From contig DAOWHA010000038.1 in NCBI GenBank assembly GCA_030641665.1, positions 23,857-87,856 on the forward strand: DNA of 64,000 nucleotides, given 5' to 3'. The position numbers and the translations under genes are program-made. The DNA comes from a bacterium (GTDB taxonomy: Bacteria; Patescibacteriota; Patescibacteriia; JAACEG01). This document shows, piece after piece, positions 20,509 through 29,090 of this stretch (positions within the stretch are counted from its first letter, which is position 1; every line of letters starts with the position of its first letter). Under the pieces are notes generated by a model. That model did not search any database. It saw nothing but the letters and a program-made list of their open reading frames with translations, and was not told the origin of the DNA.

Positions 20509-20904
20509 GAAATGGAAAATTTCTTGCAAAGACAATTTGACAAAGAATGTATTTTAAAAAAAATAAGACTCGCCGATTGTTTGTGGCGAGCCCGCAGGGA
20601 TCGTAGAGGCAAGATTATTTTGTTATCGCCTCTGTTATTTTTTTTAAACCATCTTCGCCAACTGTTATGCTGGCGAAAACATCTTTTTCTTCATCAGTAA
20701 TTATAAAGGTTATTAACGAAGAACTAGTTTTTGTTAGAAACATCGTTTTTAATGAATTTTTTTCATCACTATCTATCCTGCAAATTTCTTTATCCATTTT
20801 ATTGTCCCCCTTTTTTCAGTGTTTGTGTTTTTTATAAAAATTATCAATATTTAAAATAAAAGTCAAGAGTAAAATTAAAAAAATAAAATAAATAAAATAA
20901 AAAA

Positions 20905-22476
20905 ATGTCAATAGTTAAAAAATTTAAGAACAGAGCGAGTTTTAGCGTATCCGTTTTAATAATCATCGGAATTTTAATAGTGATAAATATTATCAGCTAT
21001 CAAATTTTTCATCGTTTTGACCTTACCGAAAGCAATGATTATAGCATTTCTAAAACAACAAAAGATATGCTGAAAAATTTGGACGATACCGTTGAGATTA
21101 AGGTTTGCTTTTCGCGCGAACTTCCGCCGAATTTTATAAATATTAGGCAAGAAGTGAACGATATTTTAGATGAATATAAAAACTATTCAGCGGGAAAAGT
21201 TAAAATAGAGGATATTTTTGCGGAAGACGATCTTGAAATAGAGCAAAAAATGCAGGAGCTTGGAATACCAAAGCTTCAATTTAATATAAAGGAGAAGGAT
21301 AAATTTCAGGCAATCGGCGGTTATGCCGGTTTAGTTGTTTATTTCGGGGACAAAAAAGAGGTAATTTCAGTTATCCAGACAAGCAAGAATTTGGAATACG
21401 AGATTACCGCGATTATTAAAAAACTTACATTGGAAAAAATTCCAACTATTGCTTTTGCGACAGGACATAACGAAAAAAGTCCGATTGACGGGCTCGCTAA
21501 CATCAGCGAAGTTTTAAGAAAGCAGTATAGCGTTATTTCCGCTGATTTGTCGCAAGGCGATTTAGTCAGCGATGAAGTCGACACTTTGATTATTTTAGGC
21601 GCGAGCAGCCCTTTTGACGATCGCTCTAAATATATAATTGATCAATTTTTAATGCGTGGCGGAAGTTTAATGATCGCGCAGGACGGAGTTCTCGTGAGCC
21701 AAGGAATGGCGGGCGCGAATTTAACAGGTTTAGAGGAAATCCTTTCGTCTTACGGCGTGAAAATAAACGCGGATTTAGTTTTAGATGTTTCAAATGAGGT
21801 TGTGAATATTCCAACCGGTTTTTTTCCGATAATGATGAATTATCCTTTTTGGCCTAAAATTTTAGCAGAGAATTTTGATCAAGATAATCCCGCGACCGCG
21901 AATTTAGAAACAGCGTTTTTTCCATGGGCAAGTTCGCTTGAAATTTTGTCGGACAGGATAGGCGATAAGCAGGTTTTTGAATTAGCAAAGACAACTGAAA
22001 AAAGTTGGGCGATAAAAGAAAATTTCAATCTTGATCCGCAGCAGCAATTTATTCCGCAAGGGCAGAAGCAGAATATTTTGGCGGTTAGCGTTTTTGGAAA
22101 ATTCAGCAGTTTTTATCAGGACAAGGACAGGCCGCAAAAAGAGGTTGCGGACGGCGAAGTCGCGCTTGCGGAAGAATTTATTTTCGAGACTGAAAACGGG
22201 CGGCTTGTCGTGATCGGCGATTCTGAATTCGCGCAAGACAGTTTTTTAAGCAGCAGCAATCTGATTTTATTCCAGAATATTGTTGACAGTTTGGCGCTGG
22301 ATCAGGATTTGATAAATATCCGCTCCAAAGGAATTACAAGCCGGCCGCTGCAAGAGATGTCAGACGCGGAAAGAAATTCAATGAAATATTTTAATATTTT
22401 TGGCGTTACGATTTTGGTTATTATCTTTGGAATTGCCAGATATAATTTAAGAAAAAAGAAAAGGTTTGAGGGCTGA
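20905..22476 (+). CDS. GldG-like ABC transporter auxiliary protein (gliding-motility-type ABC system accessory)
   Basis: N-terminal TM then RFDLTESNDYSIS, the characteristic GldG start; a C-terminal TM; follows the ABC ATPase and permease. Confidence 0.55.
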   Translation: MSIVKKFKNRASFSVSVLIIIGILIVINIISYQIFHRFDLTESNDYSISKTTKDMLKNLDDTVEIKVCFSRELPPNFINIRQEVNDILDEYKNYSAGKVKIEDIFAEDDLEIEQKMQELGIPKLQFNIKEKDKFQAIGGYAGLVVYFGDKKEVISVIQTSKNLEYEITAIIKKLTLEKIPTIAFATGHNEKSPIDGLANISEVLRKQYSVISADLSQGDLVSDEVDTLIILGASSPFDDRSKYIIDQFLMRGGSLMIAQDGVLVSQGMAGANLTGLEEILSSYGVKINADLVLDVSNEVVNIPTGFFPIMMNYPFWPKILAENFDQDNPATANLETAFFPWASSLEILSDRIGDKQVFELAKTTEKSWAIKENFNLDPQQQFIPQGQKQNILAVSVFGKFSSFYQDKDRPQKEVADGEVALAEEFIFETENGRLVVIGDSEFAQDSFLSSSNLILFQNIVDSLALDQDLINIRSKGITSRPLQEMSDAERNSMKYFNIFGVTILVIIFGIARYNLRKKKRFEG

Positions 22477-22869
22477 ATTTTAAGGATTAAGTTATCCACA
22501 GGTTTTCTCTTGACTTATTTTTATTTATAATTATTATAATTATTATAGTATAGTGTTCATTTGTTAAGATTCATTATTATTAAAAATTATGAATATGAAG
22601 ATAAATGGAAACGCCACAATTAAAATTATTATAAATAAAGTTAGAAAAAAATCTGCGCTATAATTTTTAGTGTAGATTTTTTTGTTCTTTTAAAAAAGCA
22701 AAGGAAGGCTACCGTTCCTCTTACTGTTTTTTAAAAAATGGAATTTATCCTTTAGGATTTTATTCACAGCCGTTGGTTCCATAGTCCCGCAGGGCTGTGG
22801 AACCTAAATGCAAGATAAAATTTTAAAGGGTGAATTTCAAATTCAAAAAAAATAAAAAGGAGGGGAAAA

Positions 22870-23046
22870 GTGGCAGAAAAAAAAGAAAAAAATAGAGACA
22901 AAAAATTACCGCCGAAACATATGGGCGATTTAGAAAAAAGCAAGCCTCAAATTCCCCTAGAGGGAATATGGACTGATGAGCAAGAGGAGAAGTTGTTTCG
23001 GCAGACCAATAGTGATTTGCCAAAATCAGCGTCTCTAAGTTATTAA
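22870..23046 (+). CDS. Minigene cassette 1 (58 aa, GTG start) of the tandem small-protein array
   Basis: Preceded by AAAAGGAGGGGAAAAGTG; followed by the GAGGCAAATC...GATTTGCCTC hairpin. Confidence 0.3.
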   Translation: MAEKKEKNRDKKLPPKHMGDLEKSKPQIPLEGIWTDEQEEKLFRQTNSDLPKSASLSY

Positions 23047-23055
23047 ACTTCAGTT

Positions 23056-23084
23056 GAGGCAAATCACAGAAAGCGATTTGCCTC
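23056..23084 (+). terminator. Recurring palindromic hairpin (terminator-like) of the minigene array
   Basis: GAGGCAAATCACAGAAAGCGATTTGCCTC; near-identical hairpins at 23428, 23937 and 25684. Confidence 0.5.
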
Positions 23085-23207
23085 AGCCAGCCCTTTTAAA
23101 ATTATTCAGTTTGAATTTTCTTTATCACTTTCTGGTTTTAAAAAATCAGGGAATGAAAATAGAGGATTTAAAAAAATAAAATTTAAACCCTAAAAAAGGA
23201 GGAAAAA

Positions 23208-23417
23208 ATGAAAAGAACAAAAAAATGCCCTAATTGCGGGGCAGAGATGACTGAAGTGGAAGAAACGGGATTTTTATGGGACACATGCGTGAAAAACTGC
23301 CAAGGGGATTTTAAAGTCCTTGTGTCCCCTAGGACAAATGAAAAAACAGCAATTTTTAATTTTACAGAGGCTGTAAAAGAAGCTATATCCAAACTTGAAG
23401 CGTTGGGATATACATAA
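23208..23417 (+). CDS. Minigene cassette 2: small zinc-ribbon protein (CPNCG...C..NC)
   Basis: SD AAAAAGGAGGAAAAAATG; CxxCG ... CxxNC; followed by the conserved hairpin. Confidence 0.5.
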   Translation: MKRTKKCPNCGAEMTEVEETGFLWDTCVKNCQGDFKVLVSPRTNEKTAIFNFTEAVKEAISKLEALGYT

Positions 23418-23581
23418 AAAAGCAACTGAGGCAAATCGCCTTTCCGCGATTTGCCTCAGCCAACCCTTTTAAAATTATTCAGTTTGAATTTTCTTTATCA
23501 CGCTCTGATTTTAAAAAATCAGGGAATGAAAATAGAGGATTTAAAAAAATAAAATTTAAACCCTAAAAAAGGAGGGAAAAA

Positions 23582-23701
23582 ATTGTCAAAAAAACAAAAA
23601 GGAAAGAAAGAAGAGGAAGAAGAAGAAAAGAAATTTAACGAAAAAATAAAATGGATAAACGAAAGATACTTAATGTGGGCAAAAAACGGAAATAATGTTT
23701 A
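23582..23701 (+). CDS. Minigene cassette 3 (39 aa, TTG start, K/E-rich)
   Basis: SD AAAAAGGAGGGAAAAAATTG. The whole 23418-23580 upstream spacer is a near-duplicate of 23050-23207. Confidence 0.3.
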
Positions 23702-23790
23702 ATTTAATTTGTTGGGGTGAAACGAAACAGTTTTGCCCCAACCCAACCTTTTAATTTATAATTATAAATTAAAAAAAAGTAGGGGGGAAA

Positions 23791-23919
23791 ATGTCAGAAG
23801 AAAAAAAAGAATATTGTCCGCAATGCGGAAGAGAGCTAAAAGAGATAAAGGGGTTTGCGAAAGAGTCTGTTGTAAAGCCGATCAAGGCTTGTCCCAGAGG
23901 TTGCGTATCACAGAGATAG
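23791..23919 (+). CDS. Minigene cassette 4: 42-aa zinc-ribbon protein (CPQCG...CPRGC)
   Basis: SD-like GTAGGGGGGAAAATG; CxxC pair; followed by the hairpin at 23937-23962. Confidence 0.4.
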   Translation: MSEEKKEYCPQCGRELKEIKGFAKESVVKPIKACPRGCVSQR

Positions 23920-24141
23920 ATATTCAAAATACGGTTGAGGTAAGGCAAAAATGTTTTGCCTCAGCCAACTAACCTTTAAAATTTATAATTATTATCTTAG
24001 TTTTCAATAGATTTTTTTATAAAGATCTATAATAAAGGTCGATGAAAACAAAAACTAAGTTTTAATAAATTTTATTTATTAAAAGATTTTTAAAAGATTA
24101 AATGATTAATTTTAATCTTTATAAAATCGCCACTTAATTTT

Positions 24142-25038
24142 ATGAAAAAGAGAATTTTATTAAGTTTGGCTCTTGTGGCTGCGGTGGCTGTAGGAGCAAT
24201 GGGCTTAGTAGCTTTTGAAGCTCATGTCATTAATGTAACGGCTAAAATTGAGAATGCTTTAGCTGTTGACACAGAACATATTGATTTTGGAACAGTTTTT
24301 CCGCAGGAGTTTATTAAAGAAAATTTGACTATCGCTTTAAGCAGTTCATTTTTAGCAGAAGACAGGGTTGATGATGTTAATTATGTTATTAAGCAGAAGC
24401 CAAAAGTAAGGCCAAGCGATCAAAATCCAGATGGAGATCCTTATGCAATGATCTATCCTGACCCACAAAATCCAAACGAAGGAATTGTTGCTCATGAATA
24501 TTGTTTAGAGGAGGGTCCTGTTGACGCAGACGATCCGAATGATCCTTATTATATCCATTGCTACCCAATTTTATGTCCTTATTTGTCAAAGCACAAGCAT
24601 ATTGACGACCATACTATGTTAACAGATAGGTGTGATTCTGCATATCCTTATGACTGCGAAGTAGACGCTTTTCATGAAACATCTGTAATAGCGACTGGTC
24701 ATTTAGTTCAATCAGTTAACGACATAACAGATAAATGGGTTATTGATTTAGCAGTTCCTTGTTTTGACGGACAATGCGACCAGACTTACGATGAATGGGT
24801 TTGGGGCATCAATCCTGATGTTGTGAATCCATGGGATTGGACATTGCCGGCAAGTTTAGAAAGCCAAACTTTTGGCTGTGATTTATGGATTGAAGTTACT
24901 GGAATTAGCGCGAATACTGGCACTTGTAGTGATGGTCTTGACAATGATCAAGATGGTTATATTGATTATCCAGAAGATCCTGATTGTATAGATCCTTATG
25001 ATAATGAGGATGTGCCTAATGATCCCCCTCTTACTTAG
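24142..25038 (+). CDS. Secreted Cys-rich protein with TasA/camelysin-like N-terminal module (putative SipW-cognate)
   Basis: Signal anchor then AFEAHVINVTAKIENALAVDTEHIDFGTVFPQEF. The module is shared with ORFs 25782, 26728 and 29091, and resembles the TasA N-terminus (AFND...NL.PGD..F.L.N.G). Confidence 0.5.
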   Translation: MKKRILLSLALVAAVAVGAMGLVAFEAHVINVTAKIENALAVDTEHIDFGTVFPQEFIKENLTIALSSSFLAEDRVDDVNYVIKQKPKVRPSDQNPDGDPYAMIYPDPQNPNEGIVAHEYCLEEGPVDADDPNDPYYIHCYPILCPYLSKHKHIDDHTMLTDRCDSAYPYDCEVDAFHETSVIATGHLVQSVNDITDKWVIDLAVPCFDGQCDQTYDEWVWGINPDVVNPWDWTLPASLESQTFGCDLWIEVTGISANTGTCSDGLDNDQDGYIDYPEDPDCIDPYDNEDVPNDPPLT

Positions 25039-25141
25039 TAATTTTAATCCCTTAATGCATCCTTTCCCCAGTTTTTTAAACTGGGGAGGGGGAGATTAGA
25101 GGAGTAAAAACCGAAAAACAAAAACAAAAAAGGAGGAAAAA

Positions 25142-25321
25142 ATGGCGGGAAAAGAAGTTTGTCCCATTTGCGGGGCGGAAAAAACGAAAAAGATGGATGC
25201 GCTCGGTCGCGAGTGGCTGAAATGCCCGAAATGTGATGGCGGAGTTTATGTCTTTCCCCGCGTCTTTCCAAAAAAAGACAGGGACGAGATTAAGGCAAAT
25301 CATCTTCATGGGCTCGCGTAG
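25142..25321 (+). CDS. Minigene cassette 5: 59-aa zinc-ribbon protein (CPICG...CPKCDG)
   Basis: SD AAAAAGGAGGAAAAAATG; two CxxC pairs; too short for the ORF track. Confidence 0.45.
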   Translation: MAGKEVCPICGAEKTKKMDALGREWLKCPKCDGGVYVFPRVFPKKDRDEIKANHLHGLA

Positions 25322-25349
25322 AGCGAATTTTAAAAAAAGGAGGAAAAAA

Positions 25350-25676
25350 GTGAGCAATTTTAAAAGAACAGTCAAAAAGGTAGCGAAAGAGCAAGGAAAA
25401 AAAGAAAAATGTCCCAATTGCGGGACAGAAATGAAAGAAGTTAGCCTTTTTGGCAACACATGGAACGCATGTCCAGATTGCGAAAAAGAAGTATTGTTTT
25501 TCTCAAATGGAGAAAACAAAGAAAAACAGCGCTGCAAGATTTGCGGGGAATTCACAAAAGAAAAAAGAGAAGACGATAGATTGCCAATAGTATGCCGGCA
25601 ATGCAAAAATGATATCGCGGCGCTACAGAAAAGATTAAAACCGCGGCAACCCCCTTTCTTAAGAATAATTGCTTAA
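25350..25676 (+). CDS. Minigene cassette 6: 108-aa double zinc-ribbon protein (GTG start)
   Basis: SD AAAAAAAGGAGGAAAAAAGTG; CPNCG/CPDC/CKICG/CRQC. The ORF-track start at 25233 is likely too far upstream. Followed by the hairpin at 25684-25717. Confidence 0.45.
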   Translation: MSNFKRTVKKVAKEQGKKEKCPNCGTEMKEVSLFGNTWNACPDCEKEVLFFSNGENKEKQRCKICGEFTKEKREDDRLPIVCRQCKNDIAALQKRLKPRQPPFLRIIA

Positions 25677-25781
25677 ACTTCGGTTGAGGCGAATCGCAAA
25701 AAAACGATTTGCCTCAACCAACAACTTATTTTATAAATTCAGCGATAGATATTGATATTTTTAACATTTTAATACAAATAT

Positions 25782-26285
25782 ATGGAGACACAAAACAGAG
25801 AAAACCGAGCAGAGCCATGGCGGCCGTCCAGCGTGGTTGAAAAAGCCGCCGCGGAGCAGAACAATAAGAAACCCAAAAGAACAACTTTAAAAAGAATAAT
25901 TTGGGCGATTATCGGCGTTTTAATTTTTATAATAATCGTTCAGGTTGCCATAGCGGATAAATACAGCGCGCAGGTTTTAGTCATAGAAGGCGAGAAAAAA
26001 GTCGGGGTCAATCCTACGGACGAGCGGCTGGATTTCGGAGATTTGTCAGCAGATACATCTGCTACTCGGTATGTCACCTTGAACGCCGGCGGGATTGACA
26101 CTTTTATATTTGTTTTAAAGTTCGGATCAATCGCGGAATTAGTCAAACTAAGCGAGAATAATTTTACAATGAAAAAAGGAGATGAAAAGAAATTGGAATT
26201 CAGTTTGTATATGCCTGTGTCAGCGCCGATCGGAGAAAAGTACACTGGCTTCGTCTGGATTTTTAAACTGCCGAAAGCATGGTAA
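25782..26285 (+). CDS. TasA/camelysin-like membrane-anchored protein directly upstream of sipW
   Basis: N-terminal TM, then LDFGDLSADTSATRYVTLNAGGIDTF, similar to TasA (NL.PGD...F.L.N.GSLD); overlaps sipW by 7 nt. Confidence 0.45.
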   Translation: METQNRENRAEPWRPSSVVEKAAAEQNNKKPKRTTLKRIIWAIIGVLIFIIIVQVAIADKYSAQVLVIEGEKKVGVNPTDERLDFGDLSADTSATRYVTLNAGGIDTFIFVLKFGSIAELVKLSENNFTMKKGDEKKLEFSLYMPVSAPIGEKYTGFVWIFKLPKAW

Positions 26286-26707
26286 AAAATAATAAAATAA
26301 TTAAAATAATTTTAGAATGGACAGCTTATATTTTAGTCTTTACTCTGATTGTCTGGGGAACTCCAGCAGCGCTGAAAAAAATATTAGACAGCGAATATCC
26401 GATCGCTTCCATAACATCAAGCTCAATGTGGCCGCAGCTGAAAAAAGGAGACCTGATTTTAATCAAAGGCGTTAGCGGCAAAAATGAGATTGCAGTAGGA
26501 GATATCGTAGTCTACGCGAACGAAAAAGGATTTACCATTCACCGAGTAATTGAATTGAAAGAAGATACTTTTATCACTAAAGGCGACGCTAATAATATAA
26601 AAGACAAGCCGATTAAATATGACAAATTGATCGGAAAAACGCTGAATTTTAGAAACAAGCCGATTAGAATTCCGTTTTTAGGAAAATTATCGCAAATAAA
26701 TATATGA
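26279..26707 (+). CDS. Signal peptidase I, archaeal/ER (SipW/Sec11) type
   Basis: N-terminal TM; catalytic Ser box ITSSSMWPQL (SxSMxP); KGDANN matches the GDNN box of Sec11/SipW-type peptidases; 142 aa. Confidence 0.7.
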   Translation: MVKNNKIIKIILEWTAYILVFTLIVWGTPAALKKILDSEYPIASITSSSMWPQLKKGDLILIKGVSGKNEIAVGDIVVYANEKGFTIHRVIELKEDTFITKGDANNIKDKPIKYDKLIGKTLNFRNKPIRIPFLGKLSQINI

Positions 26708-26727
26708 TTAATATAAATTTTATACCT

Positions 26728-29067
26728 ATGTATAAAATACAAAAGCGAAAAAACAGAATAATTTTTTTCAAAAAGAATCTAACGAGGATGGTTTGCGTCG
26801 TTCTTTTGGCAATGGTTTTTGTTGTTTCGCAAGCGCAGCTATTTAACGCTTTTGAAGCGCATATAATAAATGTTACGGCTAAAATCGTTAATGATGTTCC
26901 AAATATTGATCCGCCGAGCGGGGAGTTTTGCAACGACGGCAGCTTAGTTGTAACTTTAAGCGCCACTTTAACCGGAACAACTACGACTATTTATTATACT
27001 ACTGACGGCAGCGATCCGGATTGCCATGCTCCGAACGGCTCATTATATGCAGATCCGTTTCCTTTAACATACAGCGCGACTGTCAAAGCGAGAACCTGCC
27101 ATGAAAGAGACGGGGAATTGCTGCAAAGCGCGATTATGAGCGAAACTTACGATGTTTCAGCCGTGTATTGCGATTCATATTGCGGCGACGGCATAGTTGA
27201 CCCGGGCGAACAATGCGACGACGGAAATTTGATTGACGGCGATGGTTGCAATTCTGATTGTTCAATAGAAGAATGCGGGCCTTGCGACGGCAAGATAACA
27301 AGTTTAACTATGCAATATAACGGAACTTCAACTGCAGTAATTAAAGTTGTTCAGAAAAGCGACGGAGTTATAGTATTTAATGATGCAGTAAATTCTGGCG
27401 AACAATTCAGTTTTGTCGGGACATGGGGAGTTCATCCTACATTAGGAACAGAAATTACTATTTATATTGATGATGTAGAGAATGTTCAAATCCATACCAG
27501 CTGTTCCGCGCCTGTCGGGCCTGGCATGATTTTCGGTGATTTTTTGATTATTGCCGGCGAAAGCAGAAATGGCGGTCCTTTATGCCCAGGCGTAGTTCTT
27601 AATGAGTTTTTGCCTGATCCTATCGGCGATGACGCGGCTGCTATGCCTAACGGCGAATGGGTTGAATTGTATAATTTGTCCGCTATTTATTCAGTTAATT
27701 TAGCAGGTTATTATTTAACTGACGCCGGAGGCAACAGGATTGATGTTGAGGCCTGTCGCACCAATACAGGCGGTGTTATGATAAGGCCAAATGATTTCTT
27801 GGTAGTTTATCGTAAAGGAGGAGACAGCTGCACCTCGCATAATTTTTCTTTAAATAATGACAATGACACGATTAATTTCTTTGATTATAATGATAATTTA
27901 ACAGATAGCCACAGTTATAGCGGCAGCCATTATGATTCATTAACGCCAACGCCGGGCAATCCTAATTACGATGATTCAGTTGTCGGCAGCGGTAGTGGCG
28001 CGGTGCCAGAAAATAAATCTTACGCCCGCATCCCAGACGGTATAGGCGAATGGGTTGATCCAGTTCCTACTCCCGGCGCGCCAAATATATTAGAAGAATA
28101 CGAGGAAGAAGAACAAGATTTTTCAGCAGGATCAAGTTCGGCTTCAACAGGCGCTTCAGAATCAGGGACATCTCATAGATCGGCCGCGGCAGGATCGCCT
28201 GCGGAAGACTATAGCGAAACAGGAGAAAGCAATCCAGCGGATGACGCAGACGGTCAGACAGCTGATAATTCAGGACAAACCAACGGGGACGAAGCAGAAG
28301 AAGACGAAACCGATGAAGATCAAGGCGGCGGCGCTGATAAAGACGGCGAAGAAGATGGAAATGACAGCGATGGTGATACTGGCGATGATAGCGGTGACAC
28401 AGTTGAAGATGACGGGCAAACCGACGATGCTGGCGATTCGGACGAAACAGGCGATACCGACGATGAGCAAAATGAAGACGATCAAGACGATAATCAAGAT
28501 CAAGACGGCGGAACACAAGGCGAGACAGCAGATGACGGCGCGGATACTGCCAGCGGTCAAGACGGCGGAACAGAAGGCGGCGCAATAGATGACGACGGCG
28601 GAGAAAACTCTGGCGATGACGATGCTGACGGCGGCGATGACGATGCTGACGGTGGCGATGACGCAGTTGAAGATGATGGGCAAACCGATGATGCTGGCGA
28701 TTCGGACGAAACAGGCGATACCGACGGTGAGCAAGATGAAGACGATCAAGGCAGCGGAGCAGATGATGCTGGTGATTCTGGAGACTCGGCTATTGCCAGC
28801 GGGCAAGATAATGGCGCAGATACTGGCGCTGGCGGCGATCAAAATGATCAAGGCAGTGGAACAGATGACTCAGGAGATAGTAATTCAACTGATAGTGATG
28901 ACTCGGGCGATATGGGCGGAGACGCTGGCAGCGGCGCAGATAATCCAGACACAGCAGGCGATGCCGGCGGCGGGCAAGATACTGGCGGTGATAGTTCCGC
29001 GGCTGATGTTAGTAATCCGGCTGATACAGGCGGAGGCGATGATACTGGCGGTCAGCCAAACGATTAA
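26728..29067 (+). CDS. Large secreted protein: TasA-like N-terminal module, chitobiase-C/Fn3-like region, Cys-rich repeat, lamin-tail domain, 330-aa D/G/E/T-rich acidic tail
   Basis: KRK n-region plus hydrophobic core then NAFEAHIINVTAKIVN; CGDGIVDPGEQCDDGNLIDGDGCNSDC; LTD VLNEFLPDPIGDD...GEWVELYN; the tail has internal nucleotide repeats. Start could be 26704, 26728 or 26788. Confidence 0.65.
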   Translation: MYKIQKRKNRIIFFKKNLTRMVCVVLLAMVFVVSQAQLFNAFEAHIINVTAKIVNDVPNIDPPSGEFCNDGSLVVTLSATLTGTTTTIYYTTDGSDPDCHAPNGSLYADPFPLTYSATVKARTCHERDGELLQSAIMSETYDVSAVYCDSYCGDGIVDPGEQCDDGNLIDGDGCNSDCSIEECGPCDGKITSLTMQYNGTSTAVIKVVQKSDGVIVFNDAVNSGEQFSFVGTWGVHPTLGTEITIYIDDVENVQIHTSCSAPVGPGMIFGDFLIIAGESRNGGPLCPGVVLNEFLPDPIGDDAAAMPNGEWVELYNLSAIYSVNLAGYYLTDAGGNRIDVEACRTNTGGVMIRPNDFLVVYRKGGDSCTSHNFSLNNDNDTINFFDYNDNLTDSHSYSGSHYDSLTPTPGNPNYDDSVVGSGSGAVPENKSYARIPDGIGEWVDPVPTPGAPNILEEYEEEEQDFSAGSSSASTGASESGTSHRSAAAGSPAEDYSETGESNPADDADGQTADNSGQTNGDEAEEDETDEDQGGGADKDGEEDGNDSDGDTGDDSGDTVEDDGQTDDAGDSDETGDTDDEQNEDDQDDNQDQDGGTQGETADDGADTASGQDGGTEGGAIDDDGGENSGDDDADGGDDDADGGDDAVEDDGQTDDAGDSDETGDTDGEQDEDDQGSGADDAGDSGDSAIASGQDNGADTGAGGDQNDQGSGTDDSGDSNSTDSDDSGDMGGDAGSGADNPDTAGDAGGGQDTGGDSSAADVSNPADTGGGDDTGGQPND

Positions 29068-29090
29068 ACAATTATTGAATAAATATATTT

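Noticed and set aside
20615-20797. 60-aa minus-strand ORF between MITE A4 and the GldG-like gene
   Set aside because: Borderline length, no SD or motif. It abuts a repeat whose palindromes create spurious frames. Left uncalled.
22850-25720. Integron-like gene cassette array (small ORFs each followed by an imperfect palindrome)
   Set aside because: No IntI-type integrase or attI nearby. The hairpins are perfect GC-rich stems followed by T-runs, like terminators, rather than attC sites with extrahelical bases. I interpret it as a tandem paralogous minigene family.
28067-28851. Three overlapping ORFs (172, 115 and 193 aa, both strands) inside 28.0-28.9 kb
   Set aside because: They fall inside the GAT/GAC/GGC low-complexity acidic tail of ORF 26728-29067, which keeps all frames open. 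Their translations are simple R/L/I-rich repeats.
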